A program made the position numbers and the translations under genes. The notes beneath the pieces were generated by a model. The model was given only the letters and a program-made list of their open reading frames with translations. It did no database searches and was not told the DNA's origin. From Ascidiella aspersa (lineage: Eukaryota), in contig OZ004607.1 of NCBI GenBank assembly GCA_963924565.1, positions 23,374,001 to 23,438,000 on the forward strand: a stretch of 64,000 bases of DNA, read 5' to 3'. This document shows, piece after piece, positions 40,330 through 53,000 of the stretch. The stretch's first letter is position 1. Each line of letters opens with the position of its first letter.

Positions 40330-40822
40330 ACAAAATGAGTTGTCAAAGTTAAGAATTGCAAGAAAAGGCTTAAATATGTTAGAATTAATATAATAATAAC
40401 ACTTGACCCACCCAAATGCTAACTCTCACCCTAACCCAAATAGCAACATAACCCCCCTGGACGAAAATGTGGTAGAATTCTAGACCAGCGCCAAACTTTC
40501 TAATGGGGTATGTAAGCCTAGTGTTTACTTGCTCAGTCTTTTTTTAAAGGCACAAAGGTTTGGATGTAAATTTTAAGATCAAATGAATTATTTCCATGTT
40601 GATTAAGATATCTAAGAACTGCAACCATTTGTTTTCTATTTTATCATTGCCTAAAATGAAATAGCTTGGAATTGTTGGCTAAATAGGACCCCCTAAAGAA
40701 GCCAAATGCATTTAGGCGAATAATTTTAAAAATCTGGTAGTCAAAAACTAAATAACATAAACCTCTAACTGGTTGCCAATAGTAGAAAGTGTAAATTTTT
40801 AATTTACGTGACATTTAAAAGT

Positions 40823-41034
40823 AGTAGTCCAGTTGTTTGAAAACATTATTTCTTTAAAAAAGGTACTTATATCTAAAAATATAATGTATACCCAGCAATT
40901 CTTTGTTTGACAGAGTAGTCCAGTTGTTTGAAAACATTATTTCTAAAAAGGTACTTATTTCTAAAAATATAATTTATACCGAGCAATTCTTTGTTTTTAC
41001 ACATAGTGTTTAAAAACCCTGTTTTGTTTGACAG
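40823..41034 (+). repeat. Tandem duplication (~91 bp) covering the 3' splice site before the USP start-codon exon
   Basis: AGTAGTCCAGTTGTTTGAAAAC...TTTGTTTGACAG at 40823-40913 and again at 40914-41034 (with an insertion). Confidence 0.85.
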
Positions 41035-41050
41035 GCGACCAAATGACATT

Positions 41051-44000
41051 ATGAGATATGCTGATCAAAACAGTCACTCCTACAATTCTGTTTATGGTGC
41101 AAGACCAAACCACATATCGCCAAGATAGTATGTTTATTTTTTGTATCTTTGGTTAATTCTGCCATCGCCAATTAACTTTTAATATTTTTTCCACTACGAT
41201 TGAAAACCACAAAACAGGAAGTAATAGATTATGGTCATACCCTCTAGCTCCATCTACACAAATATTCAGCCTTAGGATGTCTGTTATATAAACAAGAATA
41301 TATTTTTGGTATGTCAAACTTAAACCCTTTGTAATCTAATTAAAATTCAGAAATTTGGTGATAAATCACAATATATACCTAATACCTCTATTTGTGGATA
41401 CATGGCAAAAATTATCGAGCACAATTTGGTATTTAGCAAAAATAAAAATTTAGGCCTCTGTATCACAAACATGCATTATAGTTGACTACTCAATGGAAGA
41501 ATTTCCAGAATTGTTTGCTTCACCAGACACTTAGTTTGGTTGGACTGAGTTACACTTCATGTATGGAGAATATTCACATCAGCTTGTGTTATGATGTTCA
41601 AATGAATATTTTCATGAAATACATTGATAGCAACGTTTTTGGAGTAATCATGAATTCCAATGGTAGATTATGTGTACTGGAGAAACTGTAAAAAAATTAA
41701 GACTGTAGCTAAGAATGTTCTTCTGAAGGATGTCAATGTTTACATTTTGAATATCTTGTAGCTAGGACAAATTATTTCACTTGGTATGTCATCCAAAGTC
41801 TACACTCAGCGAAAGTAATTTTTTTTTCTATTTGGAGGAAATTTTGCTGCAGGGTTGATGTGTTATAATGCTTGTGTTGTCAGAGAATGTCAATTTTCCA
41901 ATGTTTTCAGTTAAACTGTTGAAGTTAGTCCACCAGAACGCAAACTAGTGTATATGCTTAAAGACACCGTAGGAAACACCTTTTGATATTGCTTTGTAGT
42001 AGATGCAGGGCATGGTGTCTAGAATGATGTAGGCTGGCAAAAATTGTTCCTTGTCAGTTAACTTGTCACAAATAAGAAATTTTGCCCCTAAAAAAATTAA
42101 CAGACACCTCGTAACAGTGTTGCTGAGTTGTACACAAATTGGTTATGTTTATGCTATTACCATATTTAACTTTTCAATTTTGCATGACATTTTTGTGTCC
42201 AACATTTTCTGGTGCCCCCAAGTCAAGACCAGTTATCCATCATTCAGATCTCTCTCTCCCATAGCGTCACCCAATACAATGTCATAATATAACATTTTTT
42301 TAAAGAGGCGCAACTTACTTAACCGCAGTATAAACCCTATCCCTAAAAGTGGTACACAATATAAACATATTTTATATGCTGGAAAAGTAATACATAGGGT
42401 ACCACTTATAAAGTTGTAAATGTTTTTTTTATTTGATATTAAAATCCTTTTATGTGTTTGCAGTGTCCACGAGCCTCTTCCTTCCAAACCTTCTGTAACT
42501 TATTCAAACAGGTAAACAAATGTATGCGACTAACTTATAATAATCACATTCAGAGTCTTGCTAACATCTGTTGCTTAGACCAGGGCTTTTCGGGAGTCGG
42601 TTTAAAACAAGTTTAGTTAACCCTAGAAAATATAATGAGTCCACGTTGGATCAATAAATAGATAGAGGTTGATATATATACAGAATTCTATTCTCTGGGA
42701 TTTCATATAACTCATCAAAATATTCCACCTACACAATTAACCCTGTGCTGCTTGTCGGTTACAAAACTTACTACTGTCCACATTGGACTCTCTGGAGTAG
42801 TTTTATTATTAGATAAAAATGTAGTTATGATTAAACATGGCCAAATATTAAAGTTAACATAACATTAATACTTAGTACCTAGTTTAATACATTTGATCAC
42901 ATCAAGCTGGAAGAATCTTGTCAGCCTTCTGGTGACAAGCATTTTTTGTCAAAATTCTTAGTTTTTTTGTCTCCCCCCAAATTTAAATGCTGTGTCAACC
43001 TCCTGAACTTCGTCATGTTGAGGCTTTTAACAAGTGAATAATCAAGCAATAGTCCTCTTAAGAGTTAAAAATATTTGAATAATTACCAAGGGAAATAGTG
43101 ATTAAATATGAAGCTCAAAGGCACTATAATTGTGTGAAATTGCTAAAAAGGGCATTTGTTTGGTTGAATTGGCAAAAATTCTCAATATATAAACAAGATG
43201 TAACACATTGGCACATAACAGAGATTCTCATTTGCTTAAAATACCGGCATTTATAGTCGAATTTAATAGAAAATGCTCTTTGCCGAAGTTATAATCCACA
43301 CAGCCATATGCTTTATTAATTCACACAGACATATGCTTTTTTATTTATAGCATTTAAGTTGTTAAAATTGACAAAACAATAGTTTAAGGGGGATGGCCTG
43401 GTGTCCCCTGGATCTGCCCCTGCCAATGTCATATATTTCTGTTTTGTCTTGGAATTACAATTTGCAAAACCTTTTTGGTTTTCTGATGTATTTTTCTAAT
43501 TACAGCCACAGTCCATCAAGGTCAAGCAGGAATCCAGCTAAGATCTCCACAAAAACATATGTAAGCCAAGTTCTGTAACAACAAACTTCAAAGATAGATC
43601 AGTGGTTTTCGACCATTCGTGAGGAGGAGCCCCTTTCTATCAGTTTCAACAACCCTGCTTATGTTTTTGTAAAGTAACAAAAACAACACTATTTTAGTTT
43701 TACCTAATAAATTGTTATTAGTATTATATGCTCAGTGAAACCTTAGGGACTGAGGGCTACAGTTAACAAACCCCGACCTATACAAAAAATGTAAACTGCT
43801 GATTGTGCTCTAAAACTATTTTTATATTCTGTTACCAAATTTGTACAGTGAAATATGTAATTTGCTGTTGTAGGATCCATCCAGATACACATATTCAAAT
43901 GGCTATTATGAGGATGAGATTGTGCGACCAACAATGCGATCAAAACACCGTACCTCAAGTGACGTAATCTCATGTGAAAAACCATTTATCAGATCGATGT

Positions 44001-47000
44001 ATGGTTTAAGCAGCTACCCTCGTTCTAACTCTCTTTCCCCTACAAGCCACCCTTCAACATATAGAACTCGAAAAGACACTGAACTACCTGCTTCATATGT
44101 TGTTTCACCAACAAGGCAGAGGTCAAGCAGCTCTTCTGATCTTACTAGTAAGAGGTTTTCATTTCTTGAAAATTTGTAACATCTTAGGTGAATAAAAATA
44201 AAATTAGTTGACATTTTTGTTTGATTAAAAGAAACTCTGGCTACACGCAATGAAATACATTTAATTAAACTTTTAAACTTAGTTCAAATATGAGGTGTCG
44301 GCTTTCTATCACCTACTCTTTAGCAAGAAAAGCCACTAAAATCATGTAGATCCTGATCAGTTGTTTGTCCAACCCTACTATACAACTTAAAGTTATTTAA
44401 AAAAATATTTAAATCTAAATTTATTAAAAAGATTTTTCAACTTTTTATTAAAGACCCCATTTAGTAAAAATGTGCCCAATATTCAAAGACTTTTTGTTCA
44501 GTGCTACCCATGTATGCAAAGTTGATTTTTAAATGTTTTTGTAAATAAAAACAGTTGTTATCTTATTACTTTTCACTTTCTTGCAATGAAGTTAAAACAA
44601 TACAACTTAACTTTAACAATTTCCAAAACATCCAAAATAAATACAACACATTTTCTATTTTTTAGGTATCTATTCAAGGGGAAGTTACAAAAAAGAAGTT
44701 ATCTCAAGTATGACTTAGTTTAGCAAATTTATTGTGTTTTTTATAAAAAATTCGAAAAATTCTATATGCATAAGGTTTTCTAAAATGAAATATATACCTT
44801 AAGTACCCTTAAGTATTGCCCCACTAAAAAACCCAATGGTAACTTGTTACTAATAATGTTAATCGATAAAAGCCCTATTTTGTTCTCAACAAAATTTGTA
44901 AACAGATGCTATTCTATTCTATTTAGTGACAGTACAGTGTTTTTTATTTATTGTTAAACCCTACCTTGTGGTACTTCAATACATTGCAAACCAGGCTGGC
45001 AGAATCTTTCCAGCCTTCTGGTGACAAGCATTTTCGGCGCAAATTCTTCGTTTTTTTGGTCATGCCCAAAAACTTAAATGATGTGTTCGTAAGGATTGTA
45101 TCAACCTTGCCACGTTTAGGCAATAAACAAGATTATTTAGAAGTAAATGAATCAGCAAAAAGTTGCGCCGAAGGTGCAAAATTTTTTGTGACTTAAAGAA
45201 ATACATATGGGGTATGCTGAAGTACAGCCTGGGGGTGCACATGTCAGCTTTTCTTACTCTTAACAGTGTTACATAGATAAGCTGTTTTGGGGCGAACTCA
45301 TGTGCACACATTGAAATCAGATTAAATAGCGAGAAAGAATCTTAAAATTGGGAGAAATTTTTTTTTGAATTGGAAGAAATTTTAATAAAAAAAATAACTG
45401 TGTATTATAATCCAAGTTAATAGAAATTGTTTGCCAAATGTAGAGTCACAGTGAAGTGCAACATGCCATAGTATGCATAATAGCTGTTGGCTGAATAGAT
45501 ATGCTTTAGAGACATAACCACAGCTAAATGAGGTTAAAGTTTGCGTAAAGCGTGAAAATATTTTGCGTTTACGTAATTAAAACAGCCAAAAATATACTTT
45601 AAGCCTTAGATGGAACAGCTTGGCCTAGTACATCCTCGTTATGCCTATGCGAATGTCATACCTGTCTTATTAACAGGAATGGCGACTATCATGATTGCTT
45701 TTTTAACTCAATAAAGAAGTATTTGCCAAATCAAGTAAAACTGCAAATACACAACAGTTCTACTGAAATTTAGTACTTTTTAAGCTAATAAACAATCTAT
45801 ATGCCAAACTCTGGCTTTTCCCTGCTAAACAATTGATGTGCTTCATACTTTTTTCAGAATGGCACAACAAATTATTTCCTGCCAATTTTAGTGCATAATG
45901 TTACTACATATTATTATTATTTTTTTTTTTTGGAGCAATTTCTTCGGTTTTCTGTCTGATTCTTCGGCTGACATAGTCGCCAAGTCGCCAGCTTTCTGCC
46001 ATACTGTTGCAAACTTGGTCTTTTTTTAATTTTAGGGCTATAGGTTAGCTAACGTATTGATGTATTTGGTAGGTTAATATTCGGCTTTTCTAGAAGTGGT
46101 TGGCATTTTGTATGTGGCATTGTAGTTTTACATGCTATCATTTATCAGTTACAGTAAAAGTGTTGCTACAACTATATAATCTCTAATATTCATTTTGGAG
46201 TGTGTTGCTTTACTCATAATTACCTAACAGGTTAAAGCTTATAGCTTAAAGAAAATCAATACAGTCAGTGTTACTAATGCTAATTACTGCCCGGGTGTTA
46301 TTGTATTTTAACCTTTTACAGTATTACTTCTGTTGTTTTCAGTTGATAAAAAACCTTACGATTCGGAATACACACCATCATTCAGTCGTACAACAAGCCC
46401 TAAACGAAGTGTTGAAGTTGACTATGAAGTAACCCTCAAGGTAATTTTAAAACCAATTATGTAATTAATTGTCTTCTAATCAGGTCATCCATTGCAGGCA
46501 TGTGTCCTGCCAACAACAACCCATTTTTATTAATCACTGTTTTCATAATGACACACCCCACTTCCCAATATCCCACAGCCATTTGTTACACCACTGTTGC
46601 TGTTCAATGCTCATTGTTCCATCACACAGCTGTGATTATAAACCCATGTTGGTGGCTTTGGTTTATGTTTTATTAAAGAGATTAAGGGTCATGTAGGATC
46701 TTGCCAGGGCCAGGGTGCCTTGACAGTATTATGAGATATAATGAGTAGGCAGTCCAGAAGAAAAGTAGGCCACTGCTCCAATTCAGGATTTCATGTGGAA
46801 AGGCAAAGCAGATATAGCAGTAGTTCTGCAAGAACATCTGTTCGTAGAGAGGTATTCCATGTAATGTTGTTTTGGAAATGTTCTGATGGACAGCCAGTCA
46901 AAAAAGTGTTGAAATGCAACCAGCACAAACTTATGTAGTTTGATTTATTTGTGAAGAAATCTATGTATCCAGTTGTTAAAACCAATTGTCAGGTTGTGGC

Positions 47001-50000
47001 TTTGGCGAATGTGTTTGTGTTATTTGTAAGAATTAGTTCCTTACTTACCAGTTTTAAAAATTGTTACTAGAAGCATTCTTTGCTGAATGCCATTATAAAA
47101 ATGCAGTCTATAAATTGTTAATTTTTTAGATGTATTGTTACAAAATAAGCAAATAATGATAAAAAATGGCCTAACTTCAAAACTTCACTTACACCTAAAT
47201 CTGCTTGGTATTGAAATATGCCAACCACAGGTAAAATTTATGGGAATATTTAATGAATGTCTTTATTTTTTTACTTAAACACTCTGTATTTTTTTAGCTA
47301 TGCAAATATGTAAACCATTGTATAAAAGTTAATTATTCTAATTCTTTGTTATTGCTTTACTTTATAACAGTTTGGATTAAATGTCCCAAATTAATTTTCG
47401 GTGAACAGATAAATAGCACCGGCTTCCCATCAGGAACTAGACAATGTTTACTGTTGGTACCTGTCAAATATGACTTAACACCCCAACTGTTGTTAATCAC
47501 AGTTATTTGGGGACTATAGTCTTTTTCGAGTTCTATTTGTGTTTTTTTACTTTTTTTGTCATTTGAAAAATCAAGTCATTTTGTATTAAAAGAAGAAACA
47601 ACTATTTTTTATAGCATCTACTGTAATAAAAAGAGACATCATATGTTATAGATCAAAGTCAGTAATGCTTAAAGCGGTTATATAATTAGCTTTTTCCTAA
47701 TCTTTATCTTTCGTATGATTTTAAAATCAAATCATAATATATATACTAAAAAACAAAAAAGTTTCAGTTCAAACATCATGCTTATGACCTCGTTAATCAT
47801 TTTATTTTTTAGAGTCACATAGAGAGAGATATTGGATGTGGTGTTATTGGACTTCGCAACATAGGCAATACTGTAAGTAAAAATGATAGATTTTATTTCT
47901 GTCTTAATTGTCACTTTTTGTCTAGTCCAGTGTTATTTTATCCTTTTTTTATTTCTGCATTTTAAGGCAATGATGTATTTCACAAGTATTGTATAGAACA
48001 GTGTTGTACATGTCTTGGTAGGCCATATGTTTTATCAAGCTATTCATGGCAGTGTGATCTCTAATTTCAGGGTTATTATTGAATATCAAGCACTCTTTTC
48101 AATCAGCATTCATCCAGATTTTAACCTGCCTTTCTATGTTTGTCGGCTTTAGAGTTTAGACTTTATAGTCTGTATGACCGGCATCGTTTGTTCACCAGAC
48201 TATTGAATGTAGGATTTTTTTCAATTCAACATGCACTTGTTTATTTCTGTTATTGAGCAATCAGTAACTATTTATGCAATGTCTTTTCAGTGTTTGGTGT
48301 TTGATATCATATATTTAGCATAAGAAAAAACATTAGTTGTTGACCACACTTTTTTTAATTTAGGCCACAAAATAACAATTTTTGATTTATTCCAACCTTG
48401 CACACGAGCATCAGATCAGTAGTTCTTAATCTATAGCATGTATACCACTAATAGTATGCGAAAGCTTTTCAGGTGGTAAGCAAGCATCTTTCAGAACTTA
48501 TACAGAGTTTGGGAAAATTATATATTATATAGCTGTAGTCAACTGACGCTGGCAACAAGTCGTTTTATATCAATTTAAGTTTTTGGCATTTATTTGATAT
48601 ATGAATTTTAATTATTTAATATTTTATTTTAAAACCAAATGTTAACGCAACAACAGGCCAAACTATGCTACACACCATAAGAGTTGTGTCATGCTGCAAA
48701 AAAATAAGTAACAGAACAAGAACTTCTGCTGTTAATGTAAAAAAAGAATAAGTAGGACTTTAGTGGCAGTATTTTACTTCATCCACTAAATCAGCGGTTC
48801 TCAAACTAAGGTCAGCACACCCATGAGGCCATGAGTAATTTCAAGTTATCTGCCCAGCATCTTAAATTAAATCAATCTGTACCACATCCTCTATATTAGG
48901 TGTTAACCTTAGTGTTTTATTTTTTTTAAACACTGCTCCTAGTTGCGCGCTTTGCCTAGAGCATGTACATGTCTTGTTTGCCCTTCATTTGAGACGCGCC
49001 TGTATTAGTGGTAACATCTACTCTGTTGCGGTGTAAGTTAAGTTTTATATTTATTCTGTGTTTATTGCTATTAGTGTTGATAACTTTGTGTGATTCATTC
49101 GAATTAAGGAACTATGGTTTTGTAACCATCGTTGTGTTTATTGTTTGTAAACTGATAACGACTTCAGTGGACATCAACTTTCATTAGGTTCTAATGATGT
49201 GTAGGGCGTTTGTATATGTACTAATTTAAATGTTGGAAAAAAATATTGTACATTAGTTTTTTTAATTTTTCTCATCACAAGAAAAGACAAGGTCCACCAT
49301 TATTTTAGGCAAGAACAAGGCGTCCTCACCCATGTTAAGAAGAACCACTTAGCTCTAAATTCATGTAAAATTAGGAATGTGTTTATTTTATTTTAAAGAG
49401 TTTTGAAAAGAAAACTAACAGCCCTTAAATGTGACCCTACATTTATATTGTAGTGCTTCATGAATTCAATGCTCCAGTGTTTGTCAAACACCAAGAAACT
49501 GCGTGATTACTGCCTTAAATCCAAGTTTGAAAAGGAGCTGAATAGAGACAAGTCACCCATGAAGGGAAAACTTATGACAGGTGCTTTTTTACTTTTGTTT
49601 TATTTTGATGTTGTATATTTTTATTTGATAGTCATTCTTTAAATAAATTGCATCTCATTGAGTTTTACACCATAACTTTTGTTTGAACATTCTAATTTGT
49701 TTCAAAATATTTTCTTTTATTTAATTTATTGTGGTTTCAAAATATAATGGTTCGTAAAGTAAGATTAATGCTTAATTTAACAAAAAAATTATATTATATA
49801 TACAGTTGGCAATTCGTATAAATTAGCTAAAATTAAAATATAGGCAGCAAAAGTTTTGAAATATTTGGTTTAGCAAAGCCACACAGTAACCTTTACTGGT
49901 TTCAGTTCAAGCGTCATGCTTATGACCTTATAAGCACTGTTCTTCTCATCTGGTTATTATAGAAGTAGAACACAATGTTATCAGCAGTCATTTGCTATAC

Positions 50001-53000
50001 AAGTGGCCTCTACAATTGGTCCATGAAGACACATAATCGTATTTCTGAAACTTTTGTGGAAAATTGGTTTCCTAATGGTTCTTCACATCACACAACACAT
50101 TTAAATAATGGCATAAAGTCTCAAACGGCCTTAATAAATTTTTTTGTAGGACTTCGCAATATTGTTAAACTAAATCAGTTGTGGGGGATGTCCCAAATAT
50201 ATAGTTAAATAAACAGTATAATAAAAAAAGAAAAAGGCGAAAGTTAGACGGGAATATAATATTTAATTTTTATCTAGCAAATATTGAAATTACGATTGTT
50301 TTGTCTATAGATAATTCAGTTAAAAAAATGTGTTGAAAAAAAGCTGTCTGTATAAAGGACAGTTCATTGGGTGCAGTTGTGAATTTTCGTCCTTCAGTTT
50401 AAAAGCAACCACAGACAAGGCACTAGTAATTAGAGATAGACAGATATATTGGTTTCCGATAATACCTGCCGATACTTGGCTTCTACCGATATATCAGTAT
50501 TGCTAAATGTAGTCCGATACTTTTGCCGATATTTTAGTCTGAAAATATGAAATAATTTTTTCTGTACAACAAACAACCGATTTTTTAATTAAAAAAATTG
50601 GGTTTTACCTTGACGTCAAGTTAATTTGCAAAATAATAGTTTAATAATTAATATTAACTAAAACCATATTTGGATTTTATTTTCAATTATTAAAGTGTTG
50701 ATCATTTCCCAGGTATATGAAAAATCCGTATCGGGTATCGGTTGACAAAATTGTAAAAAATTGGGTATTGGTCCAAAAAAGTGACATCAGTAGATCTATA
50801 ATAGTAATATTTTATTTGTTTATTATTATTTTGTGATGTTTAGTATTATATATCAATATAATATGATCGATTTTTGTTCAAACGGGGTTTCTACTGGAGT
50901 CAAGTATATACTTGTTAACTTAACTGTCATTTGTAGCATTTTCTGAAGTTATTCTGCAACTCTGGAAGAATGGAGCATTGTCAGTTAACACTACAAACTT
51001 CAAATCGCAGATACAGAAGTTCTCACCTCGCTTTATGGGCTATGAGTAAGTAGTGTGTGCCTTGTATTTCATTATTTAATGTATATCCATTTTAATGAAT
51101 ATCCTTAACTACAATATGTACATATATATATATATATTGTATTTTTTATTATAATAGGTCTTTGATCGGAAATTCATTGTCTTTTTACTAATTTTGAATA
51201 TTATGCTAAAAACTAGAAATCTTAGTTGTATCAAAAAAAATCTTATCGATGTCAATTGATTGTTTGGCATAGTATAAACGTAATTGACCGAACTTAATGG
51301 GCATTTTAATGCTTTAGACAACAGGACAGCCAGGAATTTCTGCGCTTCCTATTGGAAGGTCTCCATGAGGACATCAACCAAGTGAAAATCAAATCCAAAG
51401 ATCCTATTCCCGAAATGAACCGACTCAGGTAAATCGAGAGGAAATACACTGAATTTTCAGGTTTGCAAGAAAACTTTCGATCAGAAGCAGTGTTGTAATG
51501 ACTTGACTTGACTTAAAGTCTTTTGGGAAAATGACTTCACTTGACTAAAGTCTTTTAGACAAATGAAATTAAAGGTTTACATTAAGCATTTTTTCGTAAA
51601 ATTTGGTTATTTATCCTAATTTTCGCACATAGAACAATTTGCTTTTCCTCTATTGCCTTTTTGGTATTCTCTATTGCCTTTTGTGGTATTTTTAGTTAGG
51701 TATTGCTCATATTTGGACGAGTTTACCCAATTTTACTAGCTTAACGTGTATTTTTTTATGACAAGAACTTGACTTGGAATTGACTTGCTTAAATTATGAC
51801 TTGTTATTTATTCAAAAAAACTTGACTTGGACTAAAGTCATTTCAAAATGACTCAGAAGTCACACATATATTTAACTAAAGAATGTTTATATGTGAACAC
51901 AAATGGCATTGTTGTTGTTATTTACTCGTTCGTAAATTTTACTTGTTGTTGGCATTTATTTCTTCCACTTTCATATTGTCAAGCATTTAAATGACCATTT
52001 TCTCCTTGTTGCGCACAGGCACAGATCATATTTCATCTACAATAGTTCTGACAATGGTACCCATATATATTTATTGTATTGTTGTGAAACAAATCCTTTG
52101 ATTTATCCTCTTTTCCTGGTCGGTGCTTGACGTATTGTTATCATGCCAACATTTATTCCAGACTTTGTACTTGTAGGTGCAAAATATATGTGACAACAAT
52201 ATAATTACTCCCTGTGGTGCAAACTTTGGGGTTAATTCCGATTTTTGTCACCAGCTTTTAAACAATAAACTACTTCTCAACAGTCTGCCAAGTATAACAT
52301 ATTAATTAACAGTGTTTATATCGCTTGGAGAGAATTATTCGTTCAGTTAAATGTCAATGTTACTTACAGATTTGTAATAACATTATTCTGTTCAAAAGAA
52401 ATGTTATGTCGTTATAACTATAAAATGGCAAAATGTACAAAGTTTAAAAATTAGGCCACTTTTGTGTTGCATTATAGCCCGAAGGAAAAAGCACGACAGA
52501 CGTGGATGTGGTACGCCACCAAAGACAAGAGTTTCGTGTTCGACCTCTTCGTTGGTCAACTAGAATCTTCTCTTACTTGCCTGGAGTGCAACCACAAGTC
52601 GCTTACATACGACCCTTTCTGGGACCTCTCTCTCCCCATTTCCAAGGTACGACACTTTTTGTTTATGCGTTTATTTAAATCCCTTTCATAAGATGTAATT
52701 TAAAAATGAATTTGTGAACTGCAGAGTTAAGTGATAAGTCTTGTATTATAAATAATGAAAACTGCCCACAAAATAAATAAACAGTATTCTTATGATTTAT
52801 TGATGTTTATCTGTTATATCATTAGGTTACCTTGTTTGATGGTTTTGGTATTAACTAAAATTAACCTGATAACAACGTACTCAGCAATTACGATGTTTAA
52901 TAGTATTAAATCGGATCCGAAGTTTGATAATGATCGTCTAACTAAAAGATGATTTTTTCAAACGAGAATTTTAGCTGATCAAATTCTACGATTATGTGAA

